NCBI GenBank assembly: GCA_938045955.1
Contig: CALIBK010000096.1
Location: forward strand, 1-58,110
Length of the DNA stretch: 58,110 nt
Direction: 5' to 3'
Source of the DNA: an uncultured bacterium
GTDB lineage: Bacteria > Desulfobacterota > BSN033 > UBA1163
The translations under genes and the position numbers were made by a program. Positions within the stretch are counted from its first letter, which is position 1. Every line of letters starts with the position of its first letter. The notes under the pieces were generated by a model that ran no database searches, was not told the origin of the DNA, and saw only the letters and a program-made list of their open reading frames with translations. Shown piece by piece: positions 47,282-57,918 of this stretch.

Positions 47282-49519
47282 CTAATAAATGGTTCCCACA
47301 GTAAAGTCAAAGACCTTTCGTTTCTCTCCCCGTTTGGGGTTGGGATTCACCCCGAGGTCAATATGAATCGGACCTAAAGGAGAGAACCAACGAATTCCCA
47401 CTCCAGCCCCCATCTTCAGAGGGGTGAGATCGGTCCATTTATCAAAACCCTTCCCAATATCAAAAAAGAGAGCCCCTCGAAGCCCGATCTCCCGGGAGAT
47501 GGGGAAGATGAGTTCTGAGGTCGCCACGACCATCTTCTCCGAACCCAGAGGTTCTTTATTTTCATCATAGGGTCCTGCCATTCCGTATTCAAACCCTCTA
47601 ATGGTATAAAGCCCTCCCACAAAGAATTTTTCGTAGATAGGGGTCTTCTTTCCCCCATAAGGCTCAATGACTCCCGCCTTCCCTCGAAGATTGAGAACCA
47701 GGTTCCATGGAAGGGGAAAATACCAGCTGGTCGATCCTGTGATCTTTAAAAAGTAATTATCTCCACCCAAGATGCCTCCCGCATTCTCAAGAGTAAGGTT
47801 ATGACGTCCTCCTTTGGTGGGGTTAAAATAATCGTTTCGTGTATCCATCGTAAGACCGATCGAGATTGAGCTTGTGACCCTATCTCCTTCCTGTTCTTTA
47901 ATATAACGAGAGGCCTCAGCGGTGACCTCGTGAACCCGGATTCTTTCAAGTTTATAAATTCCATCGGCTCGAAGGTTCTCCGTGAGTTCCTTTCCTCCCC
48001 GGAGCGACCCTCCTGTAATTTTATAAGAATAGGTATCGAGATCTCGATTCTCATGATAGAGATCGATTCCTGCAGAATATCGGGTTCCGAGAAAGTAGGG
48101 GTCGGTGAAACTGAGCCTAAAATCTTTAGAAACAGAACCAAGGGTAAATTTTAAGACCCCATGATATCCGAGGCCAAAAAGGTTACGATCCGAGACGGAG
48201 GCGGTCCCTACCACCTTCTCGATGGAGCTATATCCGACTCCAAAGCTTAAAGCCCCGGTAGGGGCTTCTTCCACTTTAATATCCAGGTTGACCTTCTCCT
48301 CTGAACTTCCCCGGCTGGTCGTAAACTCCACTTCCTTAAAATAGCCCGTGCGTCTCAGTCGATCCCGGCTCTTATTCATTTGGGAAGCACTGTAGAGTTC
48401 TCCTTCGGCGACCAGAAGCTCCCTACGGATCACCTTATCCCGGGTCTTTGTGTTTCCGGAAATCTCAATCTTCTCGTAAGAGACACGCTTCTTCTTATCG
48501 ATTTCAAAGGTGAGATGAACAAGATGTCTCTTCGGGTCTGTGGTCGTATGAGGGGTGATATCCACATTGGCATATCCCTGATTGGCAAACTTCTCGATAA
48601 GGGCCTGGATATCCTTTCTAATGGCGGTAGTACTGTAGATATCATCTCGTTTAATTTGAATCGTTCGGAAGAGGTCCTCCCGGGTGGTCAGGACGTCTCC
48701 TCGGAAATCGATGTCTCCAAAATGATACTGGGGACCTTCTTCAATCTCAATCTCGATCCCTATCCTTCGAGGGTCTCTAAGATCAAGCTTGGGCTCAGAG
48801 ATCTTGACTTCAAGAAATCCATGGTCAATGTAGTAGGCGGTGAGAAGCTGAATATCATTCTTGAGAATATCCTCGTCAAGGATACCCGTTTTAGTAATCA
48901 GGGAAAGGAGATTCCTCTGTTTGGTTGACATAAGCTTCCTGAGCTCAGAGGTTTTAATCTTCTGGTTTCCTTTAAAGAGAATCTTCTTGATATATCCTTT
49001 AGGCCCCTCGGTAATCTCGAAGATGACCACGGCCTCGTTCGTTTCCAGATATTCCACCCGGTATCCCAACTGGACTCCATAATAACCTTTTGAAAAATAG
49101 AGTTTCCGAATCTGTTCCTCATTCTCTTTCACCTTCTCAAGATTGAGGATTGAGCGGGGAGCAAGAGTGATCTTCTCTTTGATATCCTCCAGTTTAACCT
49201 TTTGATTCCCGACGATCCTCACCTCCCTTATCGAAGGCTTTTCCACCACCACAAAAATGACCTCTTTCCCCTGAGGGGTCGATTTCACATCCACCTGCAC
49301 ATCGGAGAAATAACCTAATCCATAAATCGTTTTCAGATCCTCCCGTACCTGATCCAGAGAAAAGGGTCCCCCCTCCTTACTCTTTACCGCTCCTCGGATG
49401 ACCCCTTCCTCCACCTTGACATTCCCAAGGATTAGGACCCTAAAGATCTTATCCTCTTCCGCCCTTCCAATGGAAAAAAAGGGGAAAAATAAGATGATCA
49501 GAAGAATCATTCTCTTCAT
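47282..49519 (-). CDS. bamA: Outer membrane protein assembly factor BamA
   Basis: POTRA repeats (GN.K, GYF), GNTKTRDKVIRRE, IRGF motif, GIRWFSPLGP. Start probably ATG 49519. Confidence 0.96.
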   Translation of the reverse strand: MKRMILLIILFFPFFSIGRAEEDKIFRVLILGNVKVEEGVIRGAVKSKEGGPFSLDQVREDLKTIYGLGYFSDVQVDVKSTPQGKEVIFVVVEKPSIREVRIVGNQKVKLEDIKEKITLAPRSILNLEKVKENEEQIRKLYFSKGYYGVQLGYRVEYLETNEAVVIFEITEGPKGYIKKILFKGNQKIKTSELRKLMSTKQRNLLSLITKTGILDEDILKNDIQLLTAYYIDHGFLEVKISEPKLDLRDPRRIGIEIEIEEGPQYHFGDIDFRGDVLTTREDLFRTIQIKRDDIYSTTAIRKDIQALIEKFANQGYANVDITPHTTTDPKRHLVHLTFEIDKKKRVSYEKIEISGNTKTRDKVIRRELLVAEGELYSASQMNKSRDRLRRTGYFKEVEFTTSRGSSEEKVNLDIKVEEAPTGALSFGVGYSSIEKVVGTASVSDRNLFGLGYHGVLKFTLGSVSKDFRLSFTDPYFLGTRYSAGIDLYHENRDLDTYSYKITGGSLRGGKELTENLRADGIYKLERIRVHEVTAEASRYIKEQEGDRVTSSISIGLTMDTRNDYFNPTKGGRHNLTLENAGGILGGDNYFLKITGSTSWYFPLPWNLVLNLRGKAGVIEPYGGKKTPIYEKFFVGGLYTIRGFEYGMAGPYDENKEPLGSEKMVVATSELIFPISREIGLRGALFFDIGKGFDKWTDLTPLKMGAGVGIRWFSPLGPIHIDLGVNPNPKRGEKRKVFDFTVGTIY

Positions 49520-49573
49520 AAAAAAATCCCTTCTTCCATACCAGATCCGACTCATTTTGTAAATAGAGGGGCT

Positions 49574-50248
49574 CTAAGAATTTACCTTTCCATCCACCAG
49601 GTGGATCTGCCTTGGAAGCTCCCCTGCCAGTTTGAGGTTATGGGTGACCATAATGAGAGTTACCCCTTTCTCCTGATTGAGTTCCCGAAGAAGAGTAAAA
49701 ATGGCCTCTCCTGTTTTTGTATCCAGATTCCCTGTAGGCTCATCGGCCAGAAGGACCTTAGGCTCCAGGACGAGTGCCCTCGCTACGGCCACACGCTGCT
49801 GCTCCCCTCCGGAAAGCTCTCCAGGTTTATGAGTGAGCCGGTCTTTTAATCCCACTGTGGCAAGAATTGCTTCGGCCCGAAGGGCGGCCTCTTTCTTCGA
49901 GATCCCCTGGATGAGACAGGGCATCATGGTATTTTCGAGAGCATTGAATTCAGGGAGGAGGTGGTGAAATTGAAAAACAAATCCAATTTCCCGGTTCCGG
50001 AAATGGGCAAGCTCTTTCTCCCCCATCGTAAAAATATCCTTCCCTTCGTAAAAGACTTTCCCGGAGGTGGGGCGGTCGATGGTTCCTAAGATATGGAGCA
50101 AGGTGGTCTTTCCGGCTCCGGAGGCACCCACAATGGCTACACTCTCTCCCTGATAAAAGGTAAGATCGATCCCCTTTAGGGCCTCCACCCGTTTGGCCCC
50201 ATTCCCGAAGGATTTATAGAGCTGTTCCACTCGAATCAGCTCCTTCAT
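49574..50248 (-). CDS. lolD: Lipoprotein-releasing ABC ATPase
   Basis: [41 protein letters not shown]. Confidence 0.95.
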   Translation of the reverse strand: MKELIRVEQLYKSFGNGAKRVEALKGIDLTFYQGESVAIVGASGAGKTTLLHILGTIDRPTSGKVFYEGKDIFTMGEKELAHFRNREIGFVFQFHHLLPEFNALENTMMPCLIQGISKKEAALRAEAILATVGLKDRLTHKPGELSGGEQQRVAVARALVLEPKVLLADEPTGNLDTKTGEAIFTLLRELNQEKGVTLIMVTHNLKLAGELPRQIHLVDGKVNS

Positions 50249-51429
50249 ATCCCGATCCCCTTCGCCCTCTCAGCGACCCTTCGTGAAAGCGTCTCTTTCA
50301 TTCGAATCAACCGTTTGGAGGATAGCTCCTTAACCTTCAATCGAAGTTTAGGAAATTGGAAAATGAGATCCTCAAAATCTTCTTTGGTCATTTCAAGCAA
50401 TTCGGTCTCCCTGGTGGTCTTTGCGAAGGCCATCCTCGGGGTCTTGAGCAATACCCCTATCTCTCCAAAGAAATTACCACTCCCTAATTTTCCCAGCAGG
50501 GTCTTTCTCCCGCCGGAATCTTGGGTAAAGATCTCTACCTCTCCTCTTTTGATCACATAAAGAGAAGAGGAGGTCTCCCCTCCTTTGAAGATGACGGTTT
50601 CAGGGGGGAGGACCTTAAGTCTAAACCTCTTTCCAACCACCTCTCGCTCCTTTGGATCTAAGGGAGAGAACAAAGGGGAAAGGGCAAGAAGGAGGTCAAA
50701 GACTTTCTTTTTGTAGAATTCATGGAGGACCTCTTTCATCCCTGGATGGAGTCTGAGGATCTCCTCCAGTTCAGCCCGAGGGATTTCGATAAGCTCACCA
50801 TCGGTTTTTGCCTCGATTTTTGCATGTCTCTTTCCATCCAGAAAGAAACCAAACTCCCCAAAACAGTCCCCCTCTCGAAGATCCCGAATCCAAATCTCTC
50901 TTCCTTTCGGATCCTTTTTTGAGACCCTCAGTTCTCCTCTCGCGAGAATCATGATTGCATCCCCTTCTGACCCTTCCTCCCAGATAATCTCTCCCTTTCG
51001 AAAGGTCCGTGTTTGAAGACGATCCATCAAACTCTGAAGTTCGTCCTCCTTTAACTCAGAAAGAATCGGGATGAAAGGAATGGAGGAAAAACCTCTCCTC
51101 TCTCCCTGGAGCCTCTTAAGATAGAGTTGAGCCAATCGTTGATGGATCTGTTTCGCCTGAGGATCGAGTCTCAAGAGGATTTTGTTTACTGAAATGGCTT
51201 CAAGAATAAAACCATCTTTTGCATAAGCCTCTTCGACTTCGCGGTAGGTCGAAATGGCCTCTTCCCTCTTCCCTAATCTTTCCAGAAGTTCAGCTACCTT
51301 CATTCGTGATCGAAGATCCTCAGGGTTCCGATCACAAATTCTCTGAAAGAGAGTCAGGGCCTTCTCCCACTCCCTGCGTGAGAGGGCTCTTAAGGCCTCC
51401 TCCCTCAGGGATACCTTCTCCTTATTCAT
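50245..51429 (-). CDS. TPR + tandem cyclic-nucleotide-binding domain protein
   Basis: N-terminal TPR-like helices; two CNB domains with FGEFG..LDGKRHA and FGEIG.L...PRMA phosphate-binding cassettes. Confidence 0.88.
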   Translation of the reverse strand: MNKEKVSLREEALRALSRREWEKALTLFQRICDRNPEDLRSRMKVAELLERLGKREEAISTYREVEEAYAKDGFILEAISVNKILLRLDPQAKQIHQRLAQLYLKRLQGERRGFSSIPFIPILSELKEDELQSLMDRLQTRTFRKGEIIWEEGSEGDAIMILARGELRVSKKDPKGREIWIRDLREGDCFGEFGFFLDGKRHAKIEAKTDGELIEIPRAELEEILRLHPGMKEVLHEFYKKKVFDLLLALSPLFSPLDPKEREVVGKRFRLKVLPPETVIFKGGETSSSLYVIKRGEVEIFTQDSGGRKTLLGKLGSGNFFGEIGVLLKTPRMAFAKTTRETELLEMTKEDFEDLIFQFPKLRLKVKELSSKRLIRMKETLSRRVAERAKGIGI

Positions 51430-52678
51430 AACGTAATGCCTCAGCCGGATCGAGTCGGGATGCCCTCCAGGAGGGGTAAAGGGTCGCCAGTAAGCTGATG
51501 AGAATGGCCGTCGAGACGATCAAAAAAACATCGAGAGGATTGACCTGGGAAGGGAGTTTGTCGATGTAGTAGACGTCGCTTGCCAAAATTTTAAAGCCAA
51601 ACAGGTGTTCTACGAAATCGGTGATTTTTTCCAGATTCAATGCCGCTGCAAGACCCAGGAAGGCTCCTAAGAAGGTTCCCACCACCCCGATTACTCCTCC
51701 TTCAATCATAAAGATCTTTAATATTCCTCTCGATGGAGCTCCCATTGATTTAAGAATAGCAATATCCTTGTTCTTCTCCATGACCACCATAATGAGGGTG
51801 GAGATGATATTGAAGGCAGCCACCAGGACGATGAGGACAAGAATGATAAACATGGCAATCTTTTCTAATTTCAAGGCGGAGAAAAGGTTTCGATTCATCT
51901 CCATCCAGTCCTTGGTCCAGAAAGGAAAGCCTAATCTCTTTCGAATCTCTTTAGCAATCCCCTTCACTTTATAGATGTCATCGGTCTTCACCTCGATTCC
52001 GGTCACCCGCGATCCCATACCAAGGAACTTCTGTGCACTCTCAAGAGCAATATAGGCCATCGTGTTATCATACTCATACATCCCTGAATAGAAAATCCCC
52101 TTCACCTGAAATCTTTTCATTTTTGGCATCATTCCCATCGGAGTCATGGTGCCCAGAGGGGTGATCACTTGAACAGAATCCTCCAGGGAAAGACCGAGGT
52201 GCTTGGCCAATTCCACTCCCAGGATAATCCCTGGAGGTTCGCCCTCTCTCTCCCCCTTCAGATCTTCCAGACGACCTGCTTTCAGATTCCGTGCAAGATC
52301 TGTAACTCCGCCTACCCTCTCTGGGTCGATCCCTTTGAGGACCACTCCTGAAACCCCTGATTCTGATGAGAGCATCACTTGGCTAAAAATGAATGGGGCG
52401 GCAGAAAGGACCCCCTTAATTTCCTCTACCTTTTTAACGACTTCCTCCGGTTGATCCATTCCTTGGTCACTTGCTTTGAGGACCACCAGATGGGCCTGCG
52501 TCCCCAGGATCTTCTCTTTTAGGGTCTTCTCGAACCCACTCATCACAGAAAGAACGATAATCAGGGCCATCACTCCGACCATCACTCCAACAATGGAAAT
52601 GACGGTGATAATGGAGATAAAGGTTTGTTTTCGTTTTGCCTTAAGGTATCTCAGGCCAATGAACCACTCGTATCTCAT
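51422..52678 (-). CDS. Lipoprotein-releasing ABC permease LolC/E
   Basis: [57 protein letters not shown]. Confidence 0.95.
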   Translation of the reverse strand: MRYEWFIGLRYLKAKRKQTFISIITVISIVGVMVGVMALIIVLSVMSGFEKTLKEKILGTQAHLVVLKASDQGMDQPEEVVKKVEEIKGVLSAAPFIFSQVMLSSESGVSGVVLKGIDPERVGGVTDLARNLKAGRLEDLKGEREGEPPGIILGVELAKHLGLSLEDSVQVITPLGTMTPMGMMPKMKRFQVKGIFYSGMYEYDNTMAYIALESAQKFLGMGSRVTGIEVKTDDIYKVKGIAKEIRKRLGFPFWTKDWMEMNRNLFSALKLEKIAMFIILVLIVLVAAFNIISTLIMVVMEKNKDIAILKSMGAPSRGILKIFMIEGGVIGVVGTFLGAFLGLAAALNLEKITDFVEHLFGFKILASDVYYIDKLPSQVNPLDVFLIVSTAILISLLATLYPSWRASRLDPAEALRYE

Positions 52679-54165
52679 GTAGCTGACCTCTCCGGTCGGA
52701 GCAAAGGAAAGAAGATCACATCTCGAATGGAAGGTGAATCGGTTAGGATCATGACCAGACGGTCAATCCCGATCCCCTCTCCTGCCGTGGGAGGCATTCC
52801 AAACTCAAGGGCCAGGAGAAAATCTTCATCCATCAGGAGAGAAGCATCCGCCTCTTCTCCTCTTTCACTGATTTGCTGAAGAAAACGTTCTCTCTGGTCA
52901 AGGGGATCATTGAGTTCAGAAAAACCATTGGCAATCTCTCTCCCGGCGATAAAGAGTTCGAATCGATCCACGAGCTCTGGATTCTCTTCGTTTCTTCTTG
53001 AAAGGGGAGAGACGGCTGTTGGATAGTGGGTGACAAATGTGGGTTGATCAAGACGAGGTTCCACTACCTCCTTAAAGAGGTCTGCCAGTACCCTTCCATG
53101 AGAAGTTCCCTTTTTAAGTTCCAGATTGAGACCCCTTGCTACTTCTACCGCCTTTGAGGGTTCCCGTAAGATAGCGGGGTCGAGGCCTCCGATCTCCAAG
53201 AGGGACTCTTCAAATCGAATTCTCTTCCAGGGAGGGGTGAAATCGATCTCCCTTCCTTGATAGGGGATAGAGAATTGGCCATATATCTCTTTTACGAGAG
53301 AACAGATGAGGTCCTCTGTCATCTCCATCATCTCAAGATAGGTCGCATAACTCTGATAAAATTCGAGCATGGTAAATTCTGGATTATGGAGGGTAGAGAT
53401 TCCCTCATTTCGAAAACTTCGGTTAATCTCAAAGATTCTCTCTAATCCACCGATGACCAGACGCTTTAGATAAAGTTCCGGAGCAATCCTCAGATAGAGA
53501 TCCATTTCGAGGGCATTGTGGTAGGTTTTAAACGGTTTCGCCGTTGCCCCTCCAGGAATGGGATGGAGCATGGGGGTCTCGACCTCATAAAACCCTCGAG
53601 CTGTAAAGAATTCTCGAATCCTCTGGATAATTTGGATTCTCCTCAAAAAGACCTCTTTGGTTCGGGGATTAGCAATCAGATCCAAATATCGCTGTCGATA
53701 GCGTGTTTCTATATCCGTAAGTCCATGCCATTTTTCAGGAAGGGGACGAAGTGATTTGACCAGGAGTCGAAACCGATCGACCTGGATGGTAAGCTCTCCT
53801 GTTCTGGTCTTAAAAGGTCTTCCTTCCAATCCAATGTAGTCCCCGATGTCAAATCGCTTAAAGAACCGAAAACTCTCCTCTCCTAAGATGTTTTTCTGAA
53901 GATAGGCCTGGATCTTTCCCTCCCGGTCTTTAATGTGAATAAAGGCAGCCTTTCCAAAATCTCGAATGGCCATGATCCGTCCAGCAAGGGAGAAACTCTC
54001 TTCGAAAGTTTGGAGCTCCTCATTGGAGAGAGAACCGCATCGCTCAAAGACCTCTTTTGAGGTATGGGAGACTTTAAAATCGTTCGGGAAAGGATTGATT
54101 CCTTCTTTTTTTAGGAGTTGAAGTTTCCGGACCCTCTGCTCGAAAAGATCGCTCATTTCATCCAT
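52675..54165 (-). CDS. lysS: Lysine--tRNA ligase class II
   Basis: RYRQRYLDL, GGATAKPF.T, LRIAPELYLKRL, FRNEG...HNPEFT, GMPPTAG.GIGIDRL. Confidence 0.98.
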   Translation of the reverse strand: MDEMSDLFEQRVRKLQLLKKEGINPFPNDFKVSHTSKEVFERCGSLSNEELQTFEESFSLAGRIMAIRDFGKAAFIHIKDREGKIQAYLQKNILGEESFRFFKRFDIGDYIGLEGRPFKTRTGELTIQVDRFRLLVKSLRPLPEKWHGLTDIETRYRQRYLDLIANPRTKEVFLRRIQIIQRIREFFTARGFYEVETPMLHPIPGGATAKPFKTYHNALEMDLYLRIAPELYLKRLVIGGLERIFEINRSFRNEGISTLHNPEFTMLEFYQSYATYLEMMEMTEDLICSLVKEIYGQFSIPYQGREIDFTPPWKRIRFEESLLEIGGLDPAILREPSKAVEVARGLNLELKKGTSHGRVLADLFKEVVEPRLDQPTFVTHYPTAVSPLSRRNEENPELVDRFELFIAGREIANGFSELNDPLDQRERFLQQISERGEEADASLLMDEDFLLALEFGMPPTAGEGIGIDRLVMILTDSPSIRDVIFFPLLRPERSAT

Positions 54166-54237
54166 TGGATCACCATTCTCCTTATGAGCGAAAAAGAATG
54201 TAAGATTGAGGAGTTATCTTATTATTTTGGACTATTT

Positions 54238-54266
54238 AAACTAACCCATTTTCCCACCTCCGTCAA
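54238..54266 (-). promoter_or_regulatory. Candidate sigma70 promoter for the lysS-lol-bam-lpx superoperon
   Basis: TTGACG-17 nt-TAGTTT. Confidence 0.5.
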
Positions 54267-54272
54267 GTAAAA

Positions 54273-54350
54273 GGCAATTTAAGGTTCCCGCATTCAGGTT
54301 TTCTCCAATACTCCTATCAGGCCTATTCCCCCGTGCATGGCTAATAGGTC
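54273..54350 (-). repeat. Dispersed repeat, copy C (shorter)
   Basis: GGCAATTTAAGGTTCCCGCATTCAGGTTTTCTCCAATACTCCTATCAGGCCTATTCCCC aligns to copies A and B. Confidence 0.72.
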
Positions 54351-54426
54351 ATATTTTTTATAAATATTTCTTGATTCTTCTCTCGGAGCTTAATAAATCG
54401 GGGAGAAAATTTTAGATGTGGGAAAT

Positions 54427-55269
54427 TTATAGGATCTCCACCTCTTCCAATCGCCGCTCTTTAGTTTTGAGATCTATTCTATTTTTCTTTGATTCTTCGA
54501 CAATTTCTCGAGCTATCAAAGCAGCACCGAGAGCTCCAGTGATCAGGGGTTCTTCCGGAACAGTAAGTCTTTCTCCAAGGACCTCTGAAAGGGCATGAAG
54601 GAGTCCCTTATTTCTCCCTCCCCCTCCAGTGACCACAATGGCCTTCTCGATCTTTAATCGACTGACCATTCTCCCAATCCTTTCTGCCAGGGAGAAGTGG
54701 ACCCCTGCCAGTAAATCAGAAATCTTAACGCCCTGGGCTAAACTGGCAGCGACTTCTTGTTGAGCCCATATCGTACAGATATTGCTGATCTTTGCCGGAT
54801 TTCGACTCTGGAGAGAAAGCTCTCCCACATCTTTGAGAGAGATTCCAAGGGTATCCGCGATGACTTCGATAAACCGACCGCTTCCCGCTGCGCATTTGTC
54901 ATTCATCACAAAATCAAGGACCTTGCCACTTCGGTCAATCTTTATCCCTTTTGAATCTTGACCCCCAATATCAATGATGGTTCTTGCTTCAGGGATGAGA
55001 TAGTTCACACCCCTCGCATGGCAGGTGATCTCTGTGATCTGACGGTCAGAAAATGGGACGTTCATTCTTCCATAACCGGTAGAGACGATATACATAATCT
55101 CAGAAAAAGGGAGGCTGGCTTTCTTTAAAGCCTCTTCCATCACTTTGTTGGCCAGACGACGTTGTTCAGGCCCTGTGGGACCGATAATGGAGGTAATGAG
55201 CCCATCCTTCAGGATCACGACTTTGGTCATGGTTGAACCGATATCTATCCCTGCAACGTAGGAGGTCAA
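54427..55269 (-). CDS. Acyl-CoA dehydratase/benzoyl-CoA reductase activase (ASKHA ATPase, HgdC/BzdQ-like)
   Basis: GIDIGST.TK, STGYGR, EITCHARG, DIGGQDSK, MNDKCAAGSG, ICTIWA, GALGAA. Confidence 0.92.
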   Translation of the reverse strand: MTSYVAGIDIGSTMTKVVILKDGLITSIIGPTGPEQRRLANKVMEEALKKASLPFSEIMYIVSTGYGRMNVPFSDRQITEITCHARGVNYLIPEARTIIDIGGQDSKGIKIDRSGKVLDFVMNDKCAAGSGRFIEVIADTLGISLKDVGELSLQSRNPAKISNICTIWAQQEVAASLAQGVKISDLLAGVHFSLAERIGRMVSRLKIEKAIVVTGGGGRNKGLLHALSEVLGERLTVPEEPLITGALGAALIAREIVEESKKNRIDLKTKERRLEEVEIL

Positions 55270-55296
55270 TGTTCTCTCTCGATGGAAATTTAAATC

Positions 55297-56700
55297 TCAA
55301 TAGGCCCTGTTGACCCGATAGGACTCTAAGGTTTCGATAAAGGCATCGATCTTATTGCGAGTATCCACTTCAGAATAGGAAGTAATGTCAATAATATCAC
55401 TTTCTAAAATCAGAGAAGGAAGTTCCTTCATGACGATCTCTCTTTTACCATCTTTTCCAATGACATAAAGGGGAATCGGCTTATAGATCTTTCCCAGTTG
55501 ATGGAGTTGCCAGATAAGACCCACATGCCAGGTTCGACAGGAAAAGGCCTCATGCATCACGATCCCATCAATCTTATATTCTTCAATCCAGTTGATTAAC
55601 CGCTCTACATCGGGCTCAGAATCGGGTCTTTTCCTCGCTTTGTCATACCAGAACGTCCAGTATCCAAGCCATCTCCAGGCTAAATGTTCGATCGGATCCT
55701 TTGTTTCCGGAATATCCATCTCGTAGAGAGGGAGAACCATTCGATAGGTGGTCTCCACAGGGAATGAAGCCCCTTTACTGTTAAAATAATTAAAGTCATT
55801 TAAGGCATACCATGCTGGTAATCCTCCTCCCCACATGAGTCGATACTTCTCATTTTCCACCTCTCCCTCTCCTTTGGCAATCTTCTCTTCCAGCTCCTTT
55901 TTGAGTTCCACAAAGAAGTCATAGGCTTTCTGGGTAGCCATCATAAAACAGATCGGAACCATAGTATTCATCGCATCGCCTGTCCCCATCGGGCAGGGAA
56001 CGGCCTTCCGGAGACGGTAGGTTTCATCAATAAGATTCCAGGTCCGGTCACTTAAATCGACCAACTCCCGGAGCCGATCATAATCCATCTTCTTTTTGGT
56101 CTGTTCCTCAACAAAAGCGACCAGTCCCCTTAATTGCTTGACGATATACTTATGGTAGTAGCCCCAGACTTCCCGGTGATCCTGGTCCCTTTGAAAAAGA
56201 GGGTAGGGAAGATCGATATTATAGATAGGGACATCAGGCATAAACTGTTGAGAGGCCTGGTACCATTTTGATCTCGGATCACAGAGAATCTGTCCGCTGG
56301 AGATCATAAAATCAGGCCTCGCCATCCCTCCCCAGGGAGAATCAGGAGGCATCTCACCCAATTCTTCTCTCCACTGATCAAATCCAATTCCACAAAGGGC
56401 ATAGGTGCATAAGGAGCGAGAGAGTCCTAAGGATTCTGCTCTCTGGAGGAACCTCTCGGCATCTCGCTTTGCTCCACAGACCCCGGCAAAATTCTCTGTC
56501 CAGATCGGGATTACATCCATGGCCCTCAGGATTTCCTCATGATGGCAAACGATAAAGGTGTAGGCCAGTTTCTGCTTTCCTTCGGCTCGTGCTTGAAGGG
56601 TTTCGGTGATAAAACTCTTGACCATGGGACCGATCGATGCTGCTGCCCGGGTAGCCGTCATCCTCTTCTTCGGTTTAGCCTCTTTCTGCTGCTCAGTCAT
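55297..56700 (-). CDS. 2-hydroxyacyl-CoA dehydratase/benzoyl-CoA reductase subunit (HgdA/BzdO-like)
   Basis: EN.AG.CG, LCTY, CDPR.KW, EKYRL.W.G, IDGIV.H...SCR, IDAFIE. Confidence 0.85.
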   Translation of the reverse strand: MTEQQKEAKPKKRMTATRAAASIGPMVKSFITETLQARAEGKQKLAYTFIVCHHEEILRAMDVIPIWTENFAGVCGAKRDAERFLQRAESLGLSRSLCTYALCGIGFDQWREELGEMPPDSPWGGMARPDFMISSGQILCDPRSKWYQASQQFMPDVPIYNIDLPYPLFQRDQDHREVWGYYHKYIVKQLRGLVAFVEEQTKKKMDYDRLRELVDLSDRTWNLIDETYRLRKAVPCPMGTGDAMNTMVPICFMMATQKAYDFFVELKKELEEKIAKGEGEVENEKYRLMWGGGLPAWYALNDFNYFNSKGASFPVETTYRMVLPLYEMDIPETKDPIEHLAWRWLGYWTFWYDKARKRPDSEPDVERLINWIEEYKIDGIVMHEAFSCRTWHVGLIWQLHQLGKIYKPIPLYVIGKDGKREIVMKELPSLILESDIIDITSYSEVDTRNKIDAFIETLESYRVNRAY

Positions 56701-56716
56701 CGTTAAACCTCCTTTT

Positions 56717-57874
56717 CTATCTACTGATCATTTCCAGAAAAGCCTGGATCCTTGTTCGGAGTTGCCCCAGATTTCCCGCCGAATAGGTATCCTCCAGATG
56801 AAGCATGGGGACCTGGATCGACTGATAATAGGCCTTTCGGGCAGGAACCTCAAATCCAAAGGGATCACAGTATTTGTAGACATAGAGGATGGCTCCCTCC
56901 ACACGAAACTCCCGGGCATAAGTCCCAATGTCACCAAATCGGTTAGCAATATCACCTTCAAAGGTTCCGGCCTTGTTTGCCCGATAGGTCTTCGGACAGT
57001 TGAGCTTATCAAGATACCGACGGGACAGGGCCTGAATAGGATCTTTCGATTCCTCTGTCTTTGGGAAAGAATCTCTTGCCCCATTGCATATTGTATCGGC
57101 TACCACATTCCCTCCCAATTCCTCGACCAGTTTGACCAACTCGATATGGTCGATACAGGCCCCATCGATTAAAATCCTTGGTCCCTTAGAAAGGGGAGAG
57201 CCCCCTCTTCCTTTAACTGCTGCGATCACCTGATCGAACCATTCATTAGATTCATCGATGGGAAGGCCTGATCCTGCTGTCAAGGCCATGGTCAATTCGG
57301 TCCCCGAGATGAGGGGGGGATCATTCTTTCTCAGTTCATAGAGAGCTCTAATCTTATCCCTGTTTTTGTTATAGAGCTGGATAGCCTTTGAAAGGTCTTC
57401 ATCCTGAATAGATTTCCCTGTAAACCTCTCAAGACTTTTTTTGAAATTCTTCAATTCCTCTTCGAAGAATTCAAATGAGGACTCTTCACAGACGGTGGGA
57501 ACATTGACGAAATGAAAATAGGAATAGGGAAGCGAGTAACTCCAGACACTGTAGCTCCTTACCATGCTGTCACAGGCATGGGGAATGACCAGTCCGGAAA
57601 GGAATTCATACCTCCCCTTGATGGAAAGGTCAAAACAACTTCGATAATAGGGACAGACGATGGTTTCAAGGAGGGTATCCCCAAGGGTGATGGGTTCCTG
57701 AATACTTCCCCTCACACGGAAAGGAATGGCTCCTGAGGCCGCAATCATCTCCAGAGGAACAAAGGAGCATACATAACCAATAATCTTTCGGCCTTCTTTA
57801 TGGAGCTGTCTCGCTCTGGACCCATAATCTTTAAATTGTTTTTCGATCTTAAAAAAGACTTCATCCGGTCTCAT
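56717..57874 (-). CDS. 2-hydroxyacyl-CoA dehydratase/benzoyl-CoA reductase subunit (HgdB/BzdN-like)
   Basis: IGY.CSFVP.E.I.A.G, CPY, HACD, D..CNG.R, KYCDP, GQLRTRIQAFLE. Confidence 0.87.
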   Translation of the reverse strand: MRPDEVFFKIEKQFKDYGSRARQLHKEGRKIIGYVCSFVPLEMIAASGAIPFRVRGSIQEPITLGDTLLETIVCPYYRSCFDLSIKGRYEFLSGLVIPHACDSMVRSYSVWSYSLPYSYFHFVNVPTVCEESSFEFFEEELKNFKKSLERFTGKSIQDEDLSKAIQLYNKNRDKIRALYELRKNDPPLISGTELTMALTAGSGLPIDESNEWFDQVIAAVKGRGGSPLSKGPRILIDGACIDHIELVKLVEELGGNVVADTICNGARDSFPKTEESKDPIQALSRRYLDKLNCPKTYRANKAGTFEGDIANRFGDIGTYAREFRVEGAILYVYKYCDPFGFEVPARKAYYQSIQVPMLHLEDTYSAGNLGQLRTRIQAFLEMISR

Positions 57875-57918
57875 CTCTTCTCCCCTTCTCTCAAAGATTT
57901 TAAGGTTCCTCTCGAATT

